A stretch of DNA of 64,000 nt from Nitrospinales bacterium. GTDB taxonomy: Bacteria; Nitrospinota; Nitrospinia; Nitrospinales; VA-1. Both the position numbers and the translations under genes were made by a program. The notes beneath the pieces are model-generated. The model was given only the letters and a program-made list of their open reading frames with translations, did not search any database and was not told the DNA's origin. The DNA lies in assembly GCA_965205835.1 (NCBI GenBank), contig OZ242182.1, positions 1,852,226-1,916,225 of the forward strand, written 5' to 3'. Of the stretch, positions 49,681 to 59,497 are shown one piece after another. Each line of letters begins with the position of its first letter. Position 1 is the first letter of the stretch.

Positions 49681-49718
49681 GCCGAGATAACCTTTTGCCA
49701 GCCAATAAAAGCTATTGC
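49681..49718 (+). repeat. 38-nt dispersed repeat, copy 5 (followed by hairpin ccggcc-tctt-ggccgg at 49727-49742)
   Basis: gccgagataaccttttgccagccaataaaagctattgc. Confidence 0.8.
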
Positions 49719-49777
49719 AGTAGCCACCGGCCTCTTGGCCGGAATTTATTGCTTGCATTTTAGACCTGAACTATGGA

Positions 49778-50917
49778 ATGATCAACCATCCCATTCAAGC
49801 AATCGCGGGAAATCCAGATAAAGGCGGTATTTGTTTTTTGTCCCAGTTAGATGACCTGCGCCAGCAGATTGATAAAATTGACGACCAGTTGGTAAAGCTG
49901 ATCAGTCGCCGCGGTCTGTTGGCCCGGAAAATCGGCGATGAAAAATCTCGTCAGGGGAAGACCAATCACTTCCACGTTCCCCAACGCGAACGAGCGATAC
50001 TCGAACGGTTGAAGAAGCAGAACAAGGGTCCCTTCCCCAACTCTTCCATCGAACCCATTTTTCGTGAGCTGTTCTCCGCCACACTCGCCCTAGAAAAGCC
50101 TTTGAAGATTGCCTTTCTCGGGCCGGAAACCACCTTCAGCCATCAGGCGGCAGTACGGCATTTTGGCCATTCCTGCACCTTCAATCCTTGCGAAAATATT
50201 GAAGCCGTTTTTTCGGAAATCGAGCTGGGCAACTCCGATTACGGTGTCGTGCCGGTGGAAAATTCCATTGAAGGGGTTATCAACCTGACCCTCGACTGCT
50301 TTGTCGATTCTCCTCTTTATATTTGCAGTGAGACCCGACTGTCCATCGGGCTTTTTCTTTTATCCACAGTCGCCAACCGGAGAAAGATCAAGAAAGTCTA
50401 TTCACATCCCCAGCCTTTTGCGCAGTGTAGAGACTGGCTGAACATTAACCTGCCGGGTGTTGAGCAGGTTCCCGCTTCCAGTACGGCCCAGGCGGCGCAA
50501 CTGGCCAAACAAAATAAAAACACGGCCGCCATTGCCGGGGAACTGGCCGCCGAGGTCTATGGATTAAAACCGGTGGCGAAAAACATTCAGGATCGGGCTG
50601 AAAACCACACCCGGTTTCTGGTCATCTCCAAAGACAAGGCTAAAAGGGCCAGGAAGAATAAAACATCGCTCATGTTTTCCATTGCCGACGAGTCCGGGTC
50701 TTTACTCAAAACCCTACAGTTATTTGCCAAAAACAAAATCAGTTTATCGAAAATACAATCGCGGCCTCTGCGCAACCGGCCCTGGGAATACTTGTTCTAT
50801 GTCGATTTCATCGGCCACGTTGAAGATAAAACGGTCGAACGCGTTTTAAAAACATTGGGCAAGCAAACTCTGTTTTTGCGGGTACTAGGCTCTTATCCTG
50901 AGCAGGGGCAGCCATGA
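49778..50917 (+). CDS. pheA: Bifunctional chorismate mutase / prephenate dehydratase (P-protein)
   Basis: N-terminal CM_2 helix pattern (LRQQIDKIDDQLVKLISRR), PDT domain (IAFLGPETTFSH) and C-terminal ACT domain. Confidence 0.85.
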   Translation: MINHPIQAIAGNPDKGGICFLSQLDDLRQQIDKIDDQLVKLISRRGLLARKIGDEKSRQGKTNHFHVPQRERAILERLKKQNKGPFPNSSIEPIFRELFSATLALEKPLKIAFLGPETTFSHQAAVRHFGHSCTFNPCENIEAVFSEIELGNSDYGVVPVENSIEGVINLTLDCFVDSPLYICSETRLSIGLFLLSTVANRRKIKKVYSHPQPFAQCRDWLNINLPGVEQVPASSTAQAAQLAKQNKNTAAIAGELAAEVYGLKPVAKNIQDRAENHTRFLVISKDKAKRARKNKTSLMFSIADESGSLLKTLQLFAKNKISLSKIQSRPLRNRPWEYLFYVDFIGHVEDKTVERVLKTLGKQTLFLRVLGSYPEQGQP

Positions 50918-51777
50918 AGCTTTTTGGAAAAATGACCATCATTGGGGTAGGCCTGTTGGGGGGCTCTTTGGCCAAGGCCTGCAAAGAGCGCGGCCTTGTG
51001 GAGGAGATTTCGGGATATGGCAGGAGCCGTGAGAACCTGGAAAAAGCCAGGGATTTAAAAATCATCGATCACTGCCCCACTGATTTGGGGGCGGCGGTCA
51101 GCGGCACCGACCTAATCGTGTTGTGCACACCGGTTTCGACCCTCGTTCCCTTGGTGCAAAACCTGGCCTCCCAGGTTCGGCCTGGCACGCTGATCACGGA
51201 TGTCGGCTCGGTGAAAGAACCCATCGTCAAAGGCATAGACAAACTGGTTCCTCAAGGCGTTTTTTTTGTCGGGTCACACCCGATCGCCGGAGGGGAAAAC
51301 TCAGGACTGGACGCTTCCACCGCAGATTTATATCAAGACGCAAAATGCATCGTAACCCCAACAGACACCACCGATAAAAACGCTGTAGAAAAAATCAGCA
51401 CCCTCTGGCAAGCGGTCGGCATGAAAGTCGTCCGCTTGTCAGCAAAAGAACATGATTTTATTTTTTGTGCGGTGAGCCATTTGCCTCACATCGTGGCTTA
51501 CGCCTTGATGAACACTCTTGGCGCCTTGAGAACCCTCGATGGTTGTGAAGTCACCGCCTATTCAGGGGCTGGACTAAGAGACATCACCCGAATCGCTTCC
51601 AGCGACCCGGTTATGTGGCGGGATATCTGTCTTTCCAATCGCAACCATTCGCTGGATATGATCGACCGGTTCCAGAACAAACTGGAAGAAATTCGCGGTA
51701 CCATCGAAAGAGGCGACGGGCAGGAACTAAAAAAAGAATTTATAGCCGCGAACAAATACCGGCTGAATGTGATTTGA
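50914..51777 (+). CDS. tyrA: Prephenate/arogenate dehydrogenase
   Basis: Contains IIGVGLLGGSLA (Rossmann) and GSHPIAG. ATGA overlap with pheA. Confidence 0.85.
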   Translation: MKLFGKMTIIGVGLLGGSLAKACKERGLVEEISGYGRSRENLEKARDLKIIDHCPTDLGAAVSGTDLIVLCTPVSTLVPLVQNLASQVRPGTLITDVGSVKEPIVKGIDKLVPQGVFFVGSHPIAGGENSGLDASTADLYQDAKCIVTPTDTTDKNAVEKISTLWQAVGMKVVRLSAKEHDFIFCAVSHLPHIVAYALMNTLGALRTLDGCEVTAYSGAGLRDITRIASSDPVMWRDICLSNRNHSLDMIDRFQNKLEEIRGTIERGDGQELKKEFIAANKYRLNVI

Positions 51778-51781
51778 TCGA

Positions 51782-52438
51782 GTGATTGTCGCAATAGACG
51801 GACCCGCGGGCAGCGGCAAAAGCACGGTCGCCAAGTTGGTCGCCAAACGACTGAACTATCGATACATCGACACTGGTGCCATGTATCGGGCCGTGGCTTG
51901 GACCGCCCAGAAAAAAGGTTTGGACCTTGCCGACGAATCAGTTATGACCATGATCGCCTCGAGCCTGAATATTGAATTCCTTCCTAGCACCGAAGGGCAA
52001 ACGATATTGGTGGAGGGCGAAAATGCCACCGCCCTTTTGAAAAATGAAACGGTGGGACGGGGAGCCGCAACAATTGCGGCGCAAAAGTTTGTGCGCGAGG
52101 TTCTGGTAGCCCGGCAACGTCAGATCGGCGAAACTGGCAATGTTGTCATGGATGGACGCGACATTGGAACAGTTGTATTTCCCCAGGCCGACAAAAAGTT
52201 TTTCTTCGTTGCCGACGCGGAAGAGCGCGGGCGACGGAGGTATGAGGAACTGAAAACCAAGAATCCAAGCTTGGATTTGAAAACCATTATCGAAGAAATC
52301 CGGCAACGTGACCATGAAGACCGCAACCGCAAAATTTCTCCACTGGTCAAAGCAGACGATGCCTTGGAAGTTGATACCACTCGGTTAAGTATTGAAGAAG
52401 TCACCGATCATGTTTTTAAAAATATAAATAATCTTTAA
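51782..52438 (+). CDS. cmk: Cytidylate kinase
   Basis: Contains IAIDGPAGSGKSTVAK and YIDTGAMYRA. Non-ATG start. Confidence 0.9.
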   Translation: MIVAIDGPAGSGKSTVAKLVAKRLNYRYIDTGAMYRAVAWTAQKKGLDLADESVMTMIASSLNIEFLPSTEGQTILVEGENATALLKNETVGRGAATIAAQKFVREVLVARQRQIGETGNVVMDGRDIGTVVFPQADKKFFFVADAEERGRRRYEELKTKNPSLDLKTIIEEIRQRDHEDRNRKISPLVKADDALEVDTTRLSIEEVTDHVFKNINNL

Positions 52439-52470
52439 ACATCCCAAGAGAAAGTGAGAATCAGGAGGTC

Positions 52471-54174
52471 ATGAAAATATCCAAGGAATTGCTGGAACGA
52501 ATGGAAAATGATGACAAGGAAGAACAGGAAAAGCTGACCGCAAACCAGGTCGCCGCCTATGAAGAGATGGAGGACTATTTTAACGAGAGTCTTGGCCGCT
52601 TTAAAGCGTCGCAGATCATCATGGGCAAGGTGATCGCCATTTCCAACGGACTGGCCACCATCGATGTCGGCTTTAAATCGGAAGGCATGATCTCGCTTTC
52701 CGAATTCCCTGAGAATGGCAAGAACCTACAGCTCGATGAAGAGGTCGAGGTCTTTCTTGAAAAGGTTGAAGACAACGATGGCAATGTGGTCTTGTCAAAA
52801 GAAAAAGCCAATAAAATTAAAATCTGGGATGACCTGGTTCAAACCTATGAAGCGGATGAAACTATTCAGGGTACCGTAGTTGCCAAAGCCAAGGGCGGGC
52901 TGACCGTCGATATCGGACTGAAAGCCTTCCTGCCTGGTTCCCAGATCGACCTTCGCCCGATTCGCAATCTGGAAAAACTGCTGGGCGAAAAGTTCGATAT
53001 GAAAATCATCAAGATGAATAAAAAACGCGGCAATATTGTCCTGTCGCGAAGAATTCTCCTCGAAGAACAACGCAAACAGGTTCGCGAAGGCACCCTGGAG
53101 AAAATGAGCGAAGGCAACCTCATTGAAGGCATCGTCAAGAATATCACCGAATACGGAGTGTTCATCGACCTGGGCGGAATTGACGGTCTGCTTCACATCA
53201 CCGACATGTCATGGGGCCGGGTCAACCATCCCTCCGAAATGTTTTCCATTGGTGACAAAGTCACGGTCGTGGTTCTCAAGTACGATAAAGAAAAAGAGCG
53301 CGTCTCGCTCGGTCTCAAGCAAACCAGTGCCGATCCATGGGTGGATGTCGATTCCAAATACCCGATCAGCACCCAAATCAAGGGACGAGTGGTCAGCATC
53401 ACCGACTATGGCGTGTTTGTAGAACTTGAAAAAGGCATTGAAGGGCTGGTCCACATTTCTGAAATGAGCTGGAGCCGTCATGTTAAACACCCGAGCAAAA
53501 TGGTTTCGATCGAGGATGTAGTAGAAGCCATTGTGCTGACTCTCGATAAAGATAAAAAACGGATATCTCTCGGCATGAAACAAATCGAACCCAATCCATG
53601 GGAAAAAATTGAAGACAAATATCCCATTGGTTCTGAGGTTGAGGGCACGGTTCGCAACCTGACCGACTTTGGTGCCTTCGTGGAACTGGAAGATGGGGTG
53701 GATGGACTGATCCATATTTCCGATTTGAGCTGGAAAAAAATCAAGCACCCTTCTGAAATTCTGAAGAAAAAAGATAAAGTTACCTCTGCCGTGCTCAGCA
53801 TCGACAAGGAAAACTGCCGCATCTCTCTTGGGGTTAAACAATTGCAACCCGACCCCTGGGATGATATCGAAGCCAACTATCCTATCGGCACCGAAGTCAC
53901 CGGCAAGATCATCAAGGTGGCAGCGTTCGGAGCGTTCGCGGAATTTGGCGACGGATTAGAAGGCCTGATCCATGTTTCGCAACTCAGTTCTGAAAAAATT
54001 ACAGACCCTGAATCTGCGGTGAAGGTGGACGATGACATCAAAGCAAAAGTGATCAAAGTGGATACCTCCAACAAAAAGATCGCTTTAAGTATTAAAGCCC
54101 ATATGGAAAACCTCGACATTTCGCAGATCGAAAAAGAACAGGTAGGCCTGGAAGGCTTTAAAGAAGAAGAGTAA
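52471..54174 (+). CDS. rpsA: 30S ribosomal protein S1
   Basis: 567 aa with six S1 (OB) repeats (G.V..I..FGAFV.L..G..GL.H.S). Conserved cmk-rpsA-ihfB order. Confidence 0.95.
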   Translation: MKISKELLERMENDDKEEQEKLTANQVAAYEEMEDYFNESLGRFKASQIIMGKVIAISNGLATIDVGFKSEGMISLSEFPENGKNLQLDEEVEVFLEKVEDNDGNVVLSKEKANKIKIWDDLVQTYEADETIQGTVVAKAKGGLTVDIGLKAFLPGSQIDLRPIRNLEKLLGEKFDMKIIKMNKKRGNIVLSRRILLEEQRKQVREGTLEKMSEGNLIEGIVKNITEYGVFIDLGGIDGLLHITDMSWGRVNHPSEMFSIGDKVTVVVLKYDKEKERVSLGLKQTSADPWVDVDSKYPISTQIKGRVVSITDYGVFVELEKGIEGLVHISEMSWSRHVKHPSKMVSIEDVVEAIVLTLDKDKKRISLGMKQIEPNPWEKIEDKYPIGSEVEGTVRNLTDFGAFVELEDGVDGLIHISDLSWKKIKHPSEILKKKDKVTSAVLSIDKENCRISLGVKQLQPDPWDDIEANYPIGTEVTGKIIKVAAFGAFAEFGDGLEGLIHVSQLSSEKITDPESAVKVDDDIKAKVIKVDTSNKKIALSIKAHMENLDISQIEKEQVGLEGFKEEE

Positions 54175-54217
54175 AACCCGAAAAATTCTGGGCCCGAAAG
54201 GGTCTGGAATCCTGAAT

Positions 54218-55117
54218 ATGGAACCTGCTATCCAACCCAAACGATCTTTCTTCAAATCTTTTATGCGATTTGCGGCAGGGCTTTTTATCTTGATGATTTT
54301 GATAAGCATCGCCTCTACCCTGTTACCGGACCGTTGGAAATCCCCTTCCGGAGAAATCGCCCTGATCCACGTTCAGGGAGTACTGATGAGTTCCCGGGAC
54401 GTTGTCCGCCAACTCTCCGAATATCGCCACAATCCAAAAGTGCGAGGCATCATCCTGCGCATTGATTCTCCAGGTGGAGCGGTTGCGCCGGCACAGGAGA
54501 TTTACAGCGAAATCATGAAACTCCGGGCCGATCATAAAACGGTTTATGCCTCCATGGGAACGGTGGCGGCCTCGGGTGGATATTATATTGCCTCCGCGGC
54601 TGATTACGTTTTGGCTAATCCCGGTACCCTGACGGGGAGCATATCTGCCGTGATGGCTTTTAATAATATTGAAGAGCTGGCTAAAAAAATTGGCGTTAAG
54701 CCCGATATCATTAAGAGTGGTAAGTTCAAAGACATGGGTTCCCCCCTGCGAGCCATGAGTCTGGAGGAACAAAAACTTTTGCAAAATGTCGTGGACGATG
54801 TACACCAGCAATTTGTGCAAGCTATCGCGAAAGGCCGAAACCTGCCCCTTGCCCAAGTTCATAAGATTGCTGACGGAAGGATCATGACCGGCCAACAGGC
54901 TCTTAAGCTTAAACTGATTGATGAGGTGGGCGGACTCGAAAAAACCATTGAACTGCTGGCAAAAAAGCTCGGTGTCAAAGGCAGGCCTAAAATTATTGAA
55001 CAAAAGGAAAAAATTCCTTTCCTCGACTGGCTTCTGCAAAGTTCGCTTTCCAGTGGATTGGCCGAAACCTTAATGCCATCCTCCTACCCCCGCTTGCAAT
55101 ATCTTTGGTTTCCCTAA
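54218..55117 (+). CDS. sppA: Signal peptide peptidase SppA (36K type, S49)
   Basis: N-terminal TM segment, with IDSPGG and ASGGYYIA motifs. Confidence 0.85.
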   Translation: MEPAIQPKRSFFKSFMRFAAGLFILMILISIASTLLPDRWKSPSGEIALIHVQGVLMSSRDVVRQLSEYRHNPKVRGIILRIDSPGGAVAPAQEIYSEIMKLRADHKTVYASMGTVAASGGYYIASAADYVLANPGTLTGSISAVMAFNNIEELAKKIGVKPDIIKSGKFKDMGSPLRAMSLEEQKLLQNVVDDVHQQFVQAIAKGRNLPLAQVHKIADGRIMTGQQALKLKLIDEVGGLEKTIELLAKKLGVKGRPKIIEQKEKIPFLDWLLQSSLSSGLAETLMPSSYPRLQYLWFP

Positions 55118-55275
55118 AAAAAACAATGCGTTATAGCACTTGCGCCGCACAGAAAAACTAAAATACCTTCCTCAAATTCAGGTCAGGCGACCTTGTTAGT
55201 CAGGACTCCTGAAAGGGACTTTTCAAGCACAAAACTGGAGCCTTAAAACCGGGTAAACCCATTAAAATATTGGGC

Positions 55276-55303
55276 TTGACTTAATTTCACCTAATGCTAT
55301 ACT
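55276..55303 (+). promoter_or_regulatory. Near-consensus sigma-70 promoter for ihfB
   Basis: TTGACT, a 16-nt spacer and TATACT, about 60 nt upstream of the ATG, which has a GGAGG RBS. Confidence 0.5.
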
Positions 55304-55361
55304 CCCGCGGGTTCTTATTTTAAAAGTGGATAAAATGTTTACTGGTCGAGGGGAGGCTTTG

Positions 55362-55664
55362 ATGACTAAAGCGGAACTTGTTGAAAGAGTGGCCAACCAG
55401 ATCAACCTGACGAAGAAACAGACCGAGGTCGTAGTGAATACTGTTTTTTCCAGCATTACTGGATCGTTGGCAGAAGGAAAAAAAGTCGAATTGAGAGGAT
55501 TTGGAAGTTTCCGAATCCGGCAAAGAAATGCCAGGATGGGACGCAATCCCAAGTCTGGGCAAAAAGTAGAGGTTCCCTCTAAAAAAGTGCCTTTTTTCAA
55601 AGCCGGAAAAGATTTGCGAGAACTGGTGGACAAGCACGAAAAAGCTCAAGAGATAGAGTCTTGA
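55362..55664 (+). CDS. ihfB: Integration host factor beta subunit (HU/IHF family)
   Basis: Contains MTKAELVERVA...GFGSFRIRQRNARMGRNPKSGQKVEVP.KKVPFFKAGK. Positioned after rpsA. Confidence 0.85.
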   Translation: MTKAELVERVANQINLTKKQTEVVVNTVFSSITGSLAEGKKVELRGFGSFRIRQRNARMGRNPKSGQKVEVPSKKVPFFKAGKDLRELVDKHEKAQEIES

Positions 55665-55864
55665 AAGGGATTTTAAAGTTAAAATCCACCTCATTCGTAT
55701 AAAACCAAGGCCATTGGGTCCTCCTGATGCTCATACCGCACCCCTTTCCCGCCCAGAAACAATTAGCTTATAGTTTTCAATAACTTCATCTCAGGGATAC
55801 GCGAGTGAACGTTCTGTTGCTCAGTCGGGGGCCAACAGAACGAGTTACATTCAGCCTAAAATTT

Positions 55865-56935
55865 ATGCCTGGAAGCACGTTCGGAAAACATTTTAAAATT
55901 ACCACCTGGGGCGAGTCTCATGGTGATGGTGTCGGGGTTGTCGTGGAAGGTTGCCCAGCCGGATTGCCCCTCAAAGAATCTGATATCCAAAAAGACCTGG
56001 ACCGACGACGAACCGGCCAAAGCAAAGTCACCACCACCCGCAAGGAAGGCGACAAAATCCAAATCATGTCCGGTGTCTTTAAGGGCAAGACCACCGGCGC
56101 GCCTGTTTCCATGCGCGTCGATAACAAGGACGCCGATTCCTCAAAATATGAACTGATCAAACACCTGTACCGTCCAGGCCACGCGGACTACACCTATGAC
56201 GCGAAATACGGCTTTCGCGATTACCGGGGTGGAGGGCGGTCCAGCGCACGAGAAACTGTAGGCAGAGTGGCCGCCGGGGCCATCGCTAAAAAACTTTTAG
56301 CCCGCGATAAAATCACCATCACCGGGTTCACCAGACAGGTCGGGCGTCACACAGCAACAACTGTAAACTTTAAGGAAATAGAAAAAAATATTGTACGTTG
56401 TCCAGACGCAAAAACCGCCGAAAAAATGGTGGCCGCCATCATGCGAGCACGTAAAAACGGTGACTCACTGGGAGGCATCGTCGAAGTGATTGCCAAAGGA
56501 GTGCCCGCCGGGCTGGGAGAACCTGTCTTCGACAGGCTGGATGCCGACTTGGCCAAGGCGGTCATGAGCATCCCCGCGGTAAAAGGAATGGAAATTGGCG
56601 CGGGATTCCAAACCGCCACCATGACCGGCTCGGAGTGCAACGACGCATTCATCACAAAAAACAAAAAGGTGATGACCAAAACCAATAACGCCGGGGGGAT
56701 TCTCGGTGGCATTTCCAATGGTATGGATATCGTTGTCAAGTTGGTGGTAAAACCTACTTCATCTATCAACAAAACCCAGGACACCATCACCCGGAAAGGC
56801 AAGAAGTCTGAAATCCGCGTTGAAGGCCGACACGATCCCTGCGTCGCTCCGAGAGCCGTTCCTATTGCCGAGGCCATGGTCGCCCTGACCCTGATTGACC
56901 ATCTGCTGAGAAACAAAACTTCCCGGCTAACCTGA
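55865..56935 (+). CDS. aroC: Chorismate synthase
   Basis: Contains FGKHFKITTWGESHG, GGGRSSARET and RHDPC. Start at the internal ATG. Confidence 0.9.
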   Translation: MPGSTFGKHFKITTWGESHGDGVGVVVEGCPAGLPLKESDIQKDLDRRRTGQSKVTTTRKEGDKIQIMSGVFKGKTTGAPVSMRVDNKDADSSKYELIKHLYRPGHADYTYDAKYGFRDYRGGGRSSARETVGRVAAGAIAKKLLARDKITITGFTRQVGRHTATTVNFKEIEKNIVRCPDAKTAEKMVAAIMRARKNGDSLGGIVEVIAKGVPAGLGEPVFDRLDADLAKAVMSIPAVKGMEIGAGFQTATMTGSECNDAFITKNKKVMTKTNNAGGILGGISNGMDIVVKLVVKPTSSINKTQDTITRKGKKSEIRVEGRHDPCVAPRAVPIAEAMVALTLIDHLLRNKTSRLT

Positions 56936-57023
56936 CCCGAACCCGCTATAAGAGTTGGGTTTGTTCAAAACAAACCTATTTTTGCAGACGTTCAGGATAA
57001 TCTTGACCAGTGTGAGTGGTTAT

Positions 57024-57500
57024 TCATTTTTTGGGCTTCCAGTTTCTTGCCATTTCCTGGGCTTTTTCTATTTGAGATGGAGACATTTTCTTTTCTACTC
57101 TGCTTCTTGCTTCCGCACCATCTTCCTCTCCATTATATGCAGAAAGGTTGAACCACATATGCGCTAACACATAATCCTGTGGAACTCCTTTTCCTTCTAC
57201 ATACATCAGACCCAAGCTGAATTGTGCTGATGTATCTCCCTGTTCGGCGGCAAGACGATACCACTTGGCTGCTTCCTTATAATCCTGTCGAACTCCTTTT
57301 CCTTCTACATACATCAGACCCAAGACGAGTTGTGCTAACGCGTATCCCTGTTCGGCGGAAAGACGATACCACCTGACTGCTTCTTTGTAGTCTTTCCCTT
57401 GGTATGCTTCCACTCCGTCCTGGAAGTCACCCCCATAAACAGAACCACTAAACAAAAACAGAAAAGTGAGTGAGAGTAAGAATATGAGTGGCTTATTCAT
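57024..57500 (-). CDS. Sel1-repeat (SLR) secreted protein
   Basis: Signal peptide followed by 3-4 Sel1 repeats (A..WYRLAAEQG...AQ..LG.MY..G.GV.QDY). Confidence 0.8.
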   Translation of the reverse strand: MNKPLIFLLSLTFLFLFSGSVYGGDFQDGVEAYQGKDYKEAVRWYRLSAEQGYALAQLVLGLMYVEGKGVRQDYKEAAKWYRLAAEQGDTSAQFSLGLMYVEGKGVPQDYVLAHMWFNLSAYNGEEDGAEARSRVEKKMSPSQIEKAQEMARNWKPKK

Positions 57501-57701
57501 TTGATCAGAATACCATACCAACGGATAGTGGCAAAGCGGACGGTGAAACAACAGTATATGAAAAGGGTATGGGGATGAATATACGGGTATACGTGGGAAA
57601 GATATTTTGGTGTTTCTAATCCGGCTATTTCTAAAAAATCCCTGGTATATTCAGGCAAAGATGTGGAAAAGTCGCGTAGCCCTGCAAAACTGGTCCCATG
57701 A

Positions 57702-57923
57702 AGACTCACCACCAGCGCGCTGACCACCACTGCCAGGAAAACCAATGTCACCATCATCGCCGGCCTTGTCGAGATCGAAGGCGACCAAATCTACAATTCC
57801 GCCGTTATCACAGGACCGGATGGATATATCGGAAAATATCGCAAGCTCCATCTCTCCGATACGGAAAAGAACTGGTTCCAAATTTTCAATGGCCGCCGCA
57901 CAGACCCCTACCTCCTCTCTTAA
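57702..57923 (+). pseudogene. Carbon-nitrogen hydrolase (nitrilase superfamily) gene fragment
   Basis: A third + frame (no start codon, so absent from the track) reads ARKTNVTIIAGLVEIEGDQIYNSAVITGPDGYIGKYRKLHLSDTEKNWFQ. It is bounded by stops, and the N-terminal Glu and C-terminal Cys regions are missing. Confidence 0.6.
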
Positions 57924-58054
57924 CAGATAACAATCGCCCTGCTTTGAAATAATCTCACCATAGGTTAAAATAGGACTACAGTTTAGTCGAAAAATATCGC
58001 ACATTATTCATCAACATTCACTGCTTGCTGATTATTTGAAAGGAAAGGAATGGA

Positions 58055-58483
58055 ATGGGTAACGAAAAATCACGGTTTTTGAAAAGAGATGATGGAACGA
58101 TTTATGATTCTCTGACCAGCGTCACGTGGATGGCGAACGACTCACGGTTGGATCTGGATAAAGAAATCTCTTATTCGGAAACGGAAGAATACGTAAAATC
58201 AATGAACGAAAAAAAAGTGGGCGGCTATGCGGACTGGCGTCTCCCTTCCATCCATGAGGCATCCTCCATTTTTGACAAGGAAAAGTTAAACAAGGATTTC
58301 AAGGGTGCCGATATTCATCTCGACTCTGTGTTTCCTCCCGGTGCGGGCAACTGCACATGGACTTCATCCACTCGCGGCAAGGAAGCGCAAATCCTGTTCT
58401 ACGTGAACGGCTGCGCCTACTGGTACGGTAAGGACGACAACACCATTTCTCATGGAGCACGCCTCGTCCGCCGGGACAACTAG
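58055..58483 (+). CDS. DUF1566 (Lcl C-terminal-like) domain protein
   Basis: Contains TWMANDS...Y.EA..YV...N...GGYADWRLPS..E, the pattern characteristic of DUF1566. Confidence 0.65.
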   Translation: MGNEKSRFLKRDDGTIYDSLTSVTWMANDSRLDLDKEISYSETEEYVKSMNEKKVGGYADWRLPSIHEASSIFDKEKLNKDFKGADIHLDSVFPPGAGNCTWTSSTRGKEAQILFYVNGCAYWYGKDDNTISHGARLVRRDN

Positions 58484-58524
58484 CCATTGAGACAGTAGAT
58501 TAACACCTTTAAAGTCAGAAAATA

Positions 58525-59100
58525 TTAATTCGGTTTTGCGGTTTTGACATTAGGCACCTTCAAACCAAAAAAAGGAACCAGTGCATCGGGTACCGACAAT
58601 TTTCGGTACAAAACATGAAATTCCTCATCCGAAATATCCTTTCTCAGCAGTTGTTGAACCTGCTCGGGAGAAACGATCTGTTGTGAAGGTTCATCAAACA
58701 TGGTGAGGCCAACACCCACCCAATGGGAATGGAGAAACTGCTGTTGCACCAGACTCTCGACACCGGTGCTGTACTCCATGGATTTTTTTATGATATGCTG
58801 GGCGATATAGGCTGGAACACATCGCCCCACCGCAATCACTTTTGAGGTCTCGCCCATGGGGTACACCCTCAAGGCCACGCGTGTGGAACCGATCTCAGCA
58901 AATTCCTTGAAGACCTGTTTTCTTTGTTTGCGATAAGATTTGGAAACATAGCCCTCAATTTTGATACGTTTTTTATCGACAGGTTCACATTTTTCCTCGG
59001 CAAACACCGGGGCCACCAGCCCTAAAACCATCAAAACAGGTAGTACCCGCACTCGGAACCGTTGCAATAACTCACTGAATTGTTGCTTTTTAAATTGCAT
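58525..59100 (-). CDS. Hypothetical secreted protein
   Basis: Start at the internal ATG (MQFKKQQ...). Signal-like VLPVLMVLGLVAPVFA. No family recognised. Confidence 0.5.
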   Translation of the reverse strand: MQFKKQQFSELLQRFRVRVLPVLMVLGLVAPVFAEEKCEPVDKKRIKIEGYVSKSYRKQRKQVFKEFAEIGSTRVALRVYPMGETSKVIAVGRCVPAYIAQHIIKKSMEYSTGVESLVQQQFLHSHWVGVGLTMFDEPSQQIVSPEQVQQLLRKDISDEEFHVLYRKLSVPDALVPFFGLKVPNVKTAKPN

Positions 59101-59178
59101 CACGAAATTTCCTGTTTCTCCGGTTTGAGACAAATCCTCTGTTATAATATAGTCAGATCTTGGTTGACCTTGCTCTGC

Positions 59179-59412
59179 CTATGGGGTCTTGTTAATGAAT
59201 TCTTCAGCACTTTGTTCGCTTGAAAAATAATATTCCTTGCCGTTGATGGTTTTTTTGATCGCCTCAGATTTCGGGATATACACCCCATTATTGGGGTCCA
59301 TGACCATTTCCGCAGGCTCCTCTTCCGCAGATGGGCTTTTTGATGGGAAAATCGCACGCGCAATAAGAATCAGCAGAACTACGGCAATTCCAAATAGTGC
59401 TAAACGGACCAT
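59179..59412 (-). CDS. Small membrane-anchored protein with a YHS/TRASH-like C-terminus lacking the Cys ligands
   Basis: 77 aa with an N-terminal TM segment. Contains DPNNGVYIPKSEAIKKTINGKEYYFSSEQSAEEF, which resembles the YHS pattern. Confidence 0.45.
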   Translation of the reverse strand: MVRLALFGIAVVLLILIARAIFPSKSPSAEEEPAEMVMDPNNGVYIPKSEAIKKTINGKEYYFSSEQSAEEFINKTP

Positions 59413-59497
59413 AGGGTCATTTTAGGGTTTTGCCGTACGAAATACAACCCCGCAGAAATTGACGGGAACAGGCATTTATTAAATCATACTTCAAACT

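Noticed and set aside
49637-49777. A TPP riboswitch upstream of the thiamine-binding (MTH1187-family) gene.
   Set aside because: I could not find the conserved CUGAGA ... ACCUGAUCUGGAUAAUGCCAGCG-type elements. The region instead contains 38-nt repeat copy 5 and a small GC hairpin.
57497-58004. Minus-strand track ORFs 57497..57757 and 57651..58004.
   Set aside because: The third + frame across the same DNA encodes an unmistakable nitrilase-superfamily segment (GKYRKLHL...). The minus-strand translations have no features.
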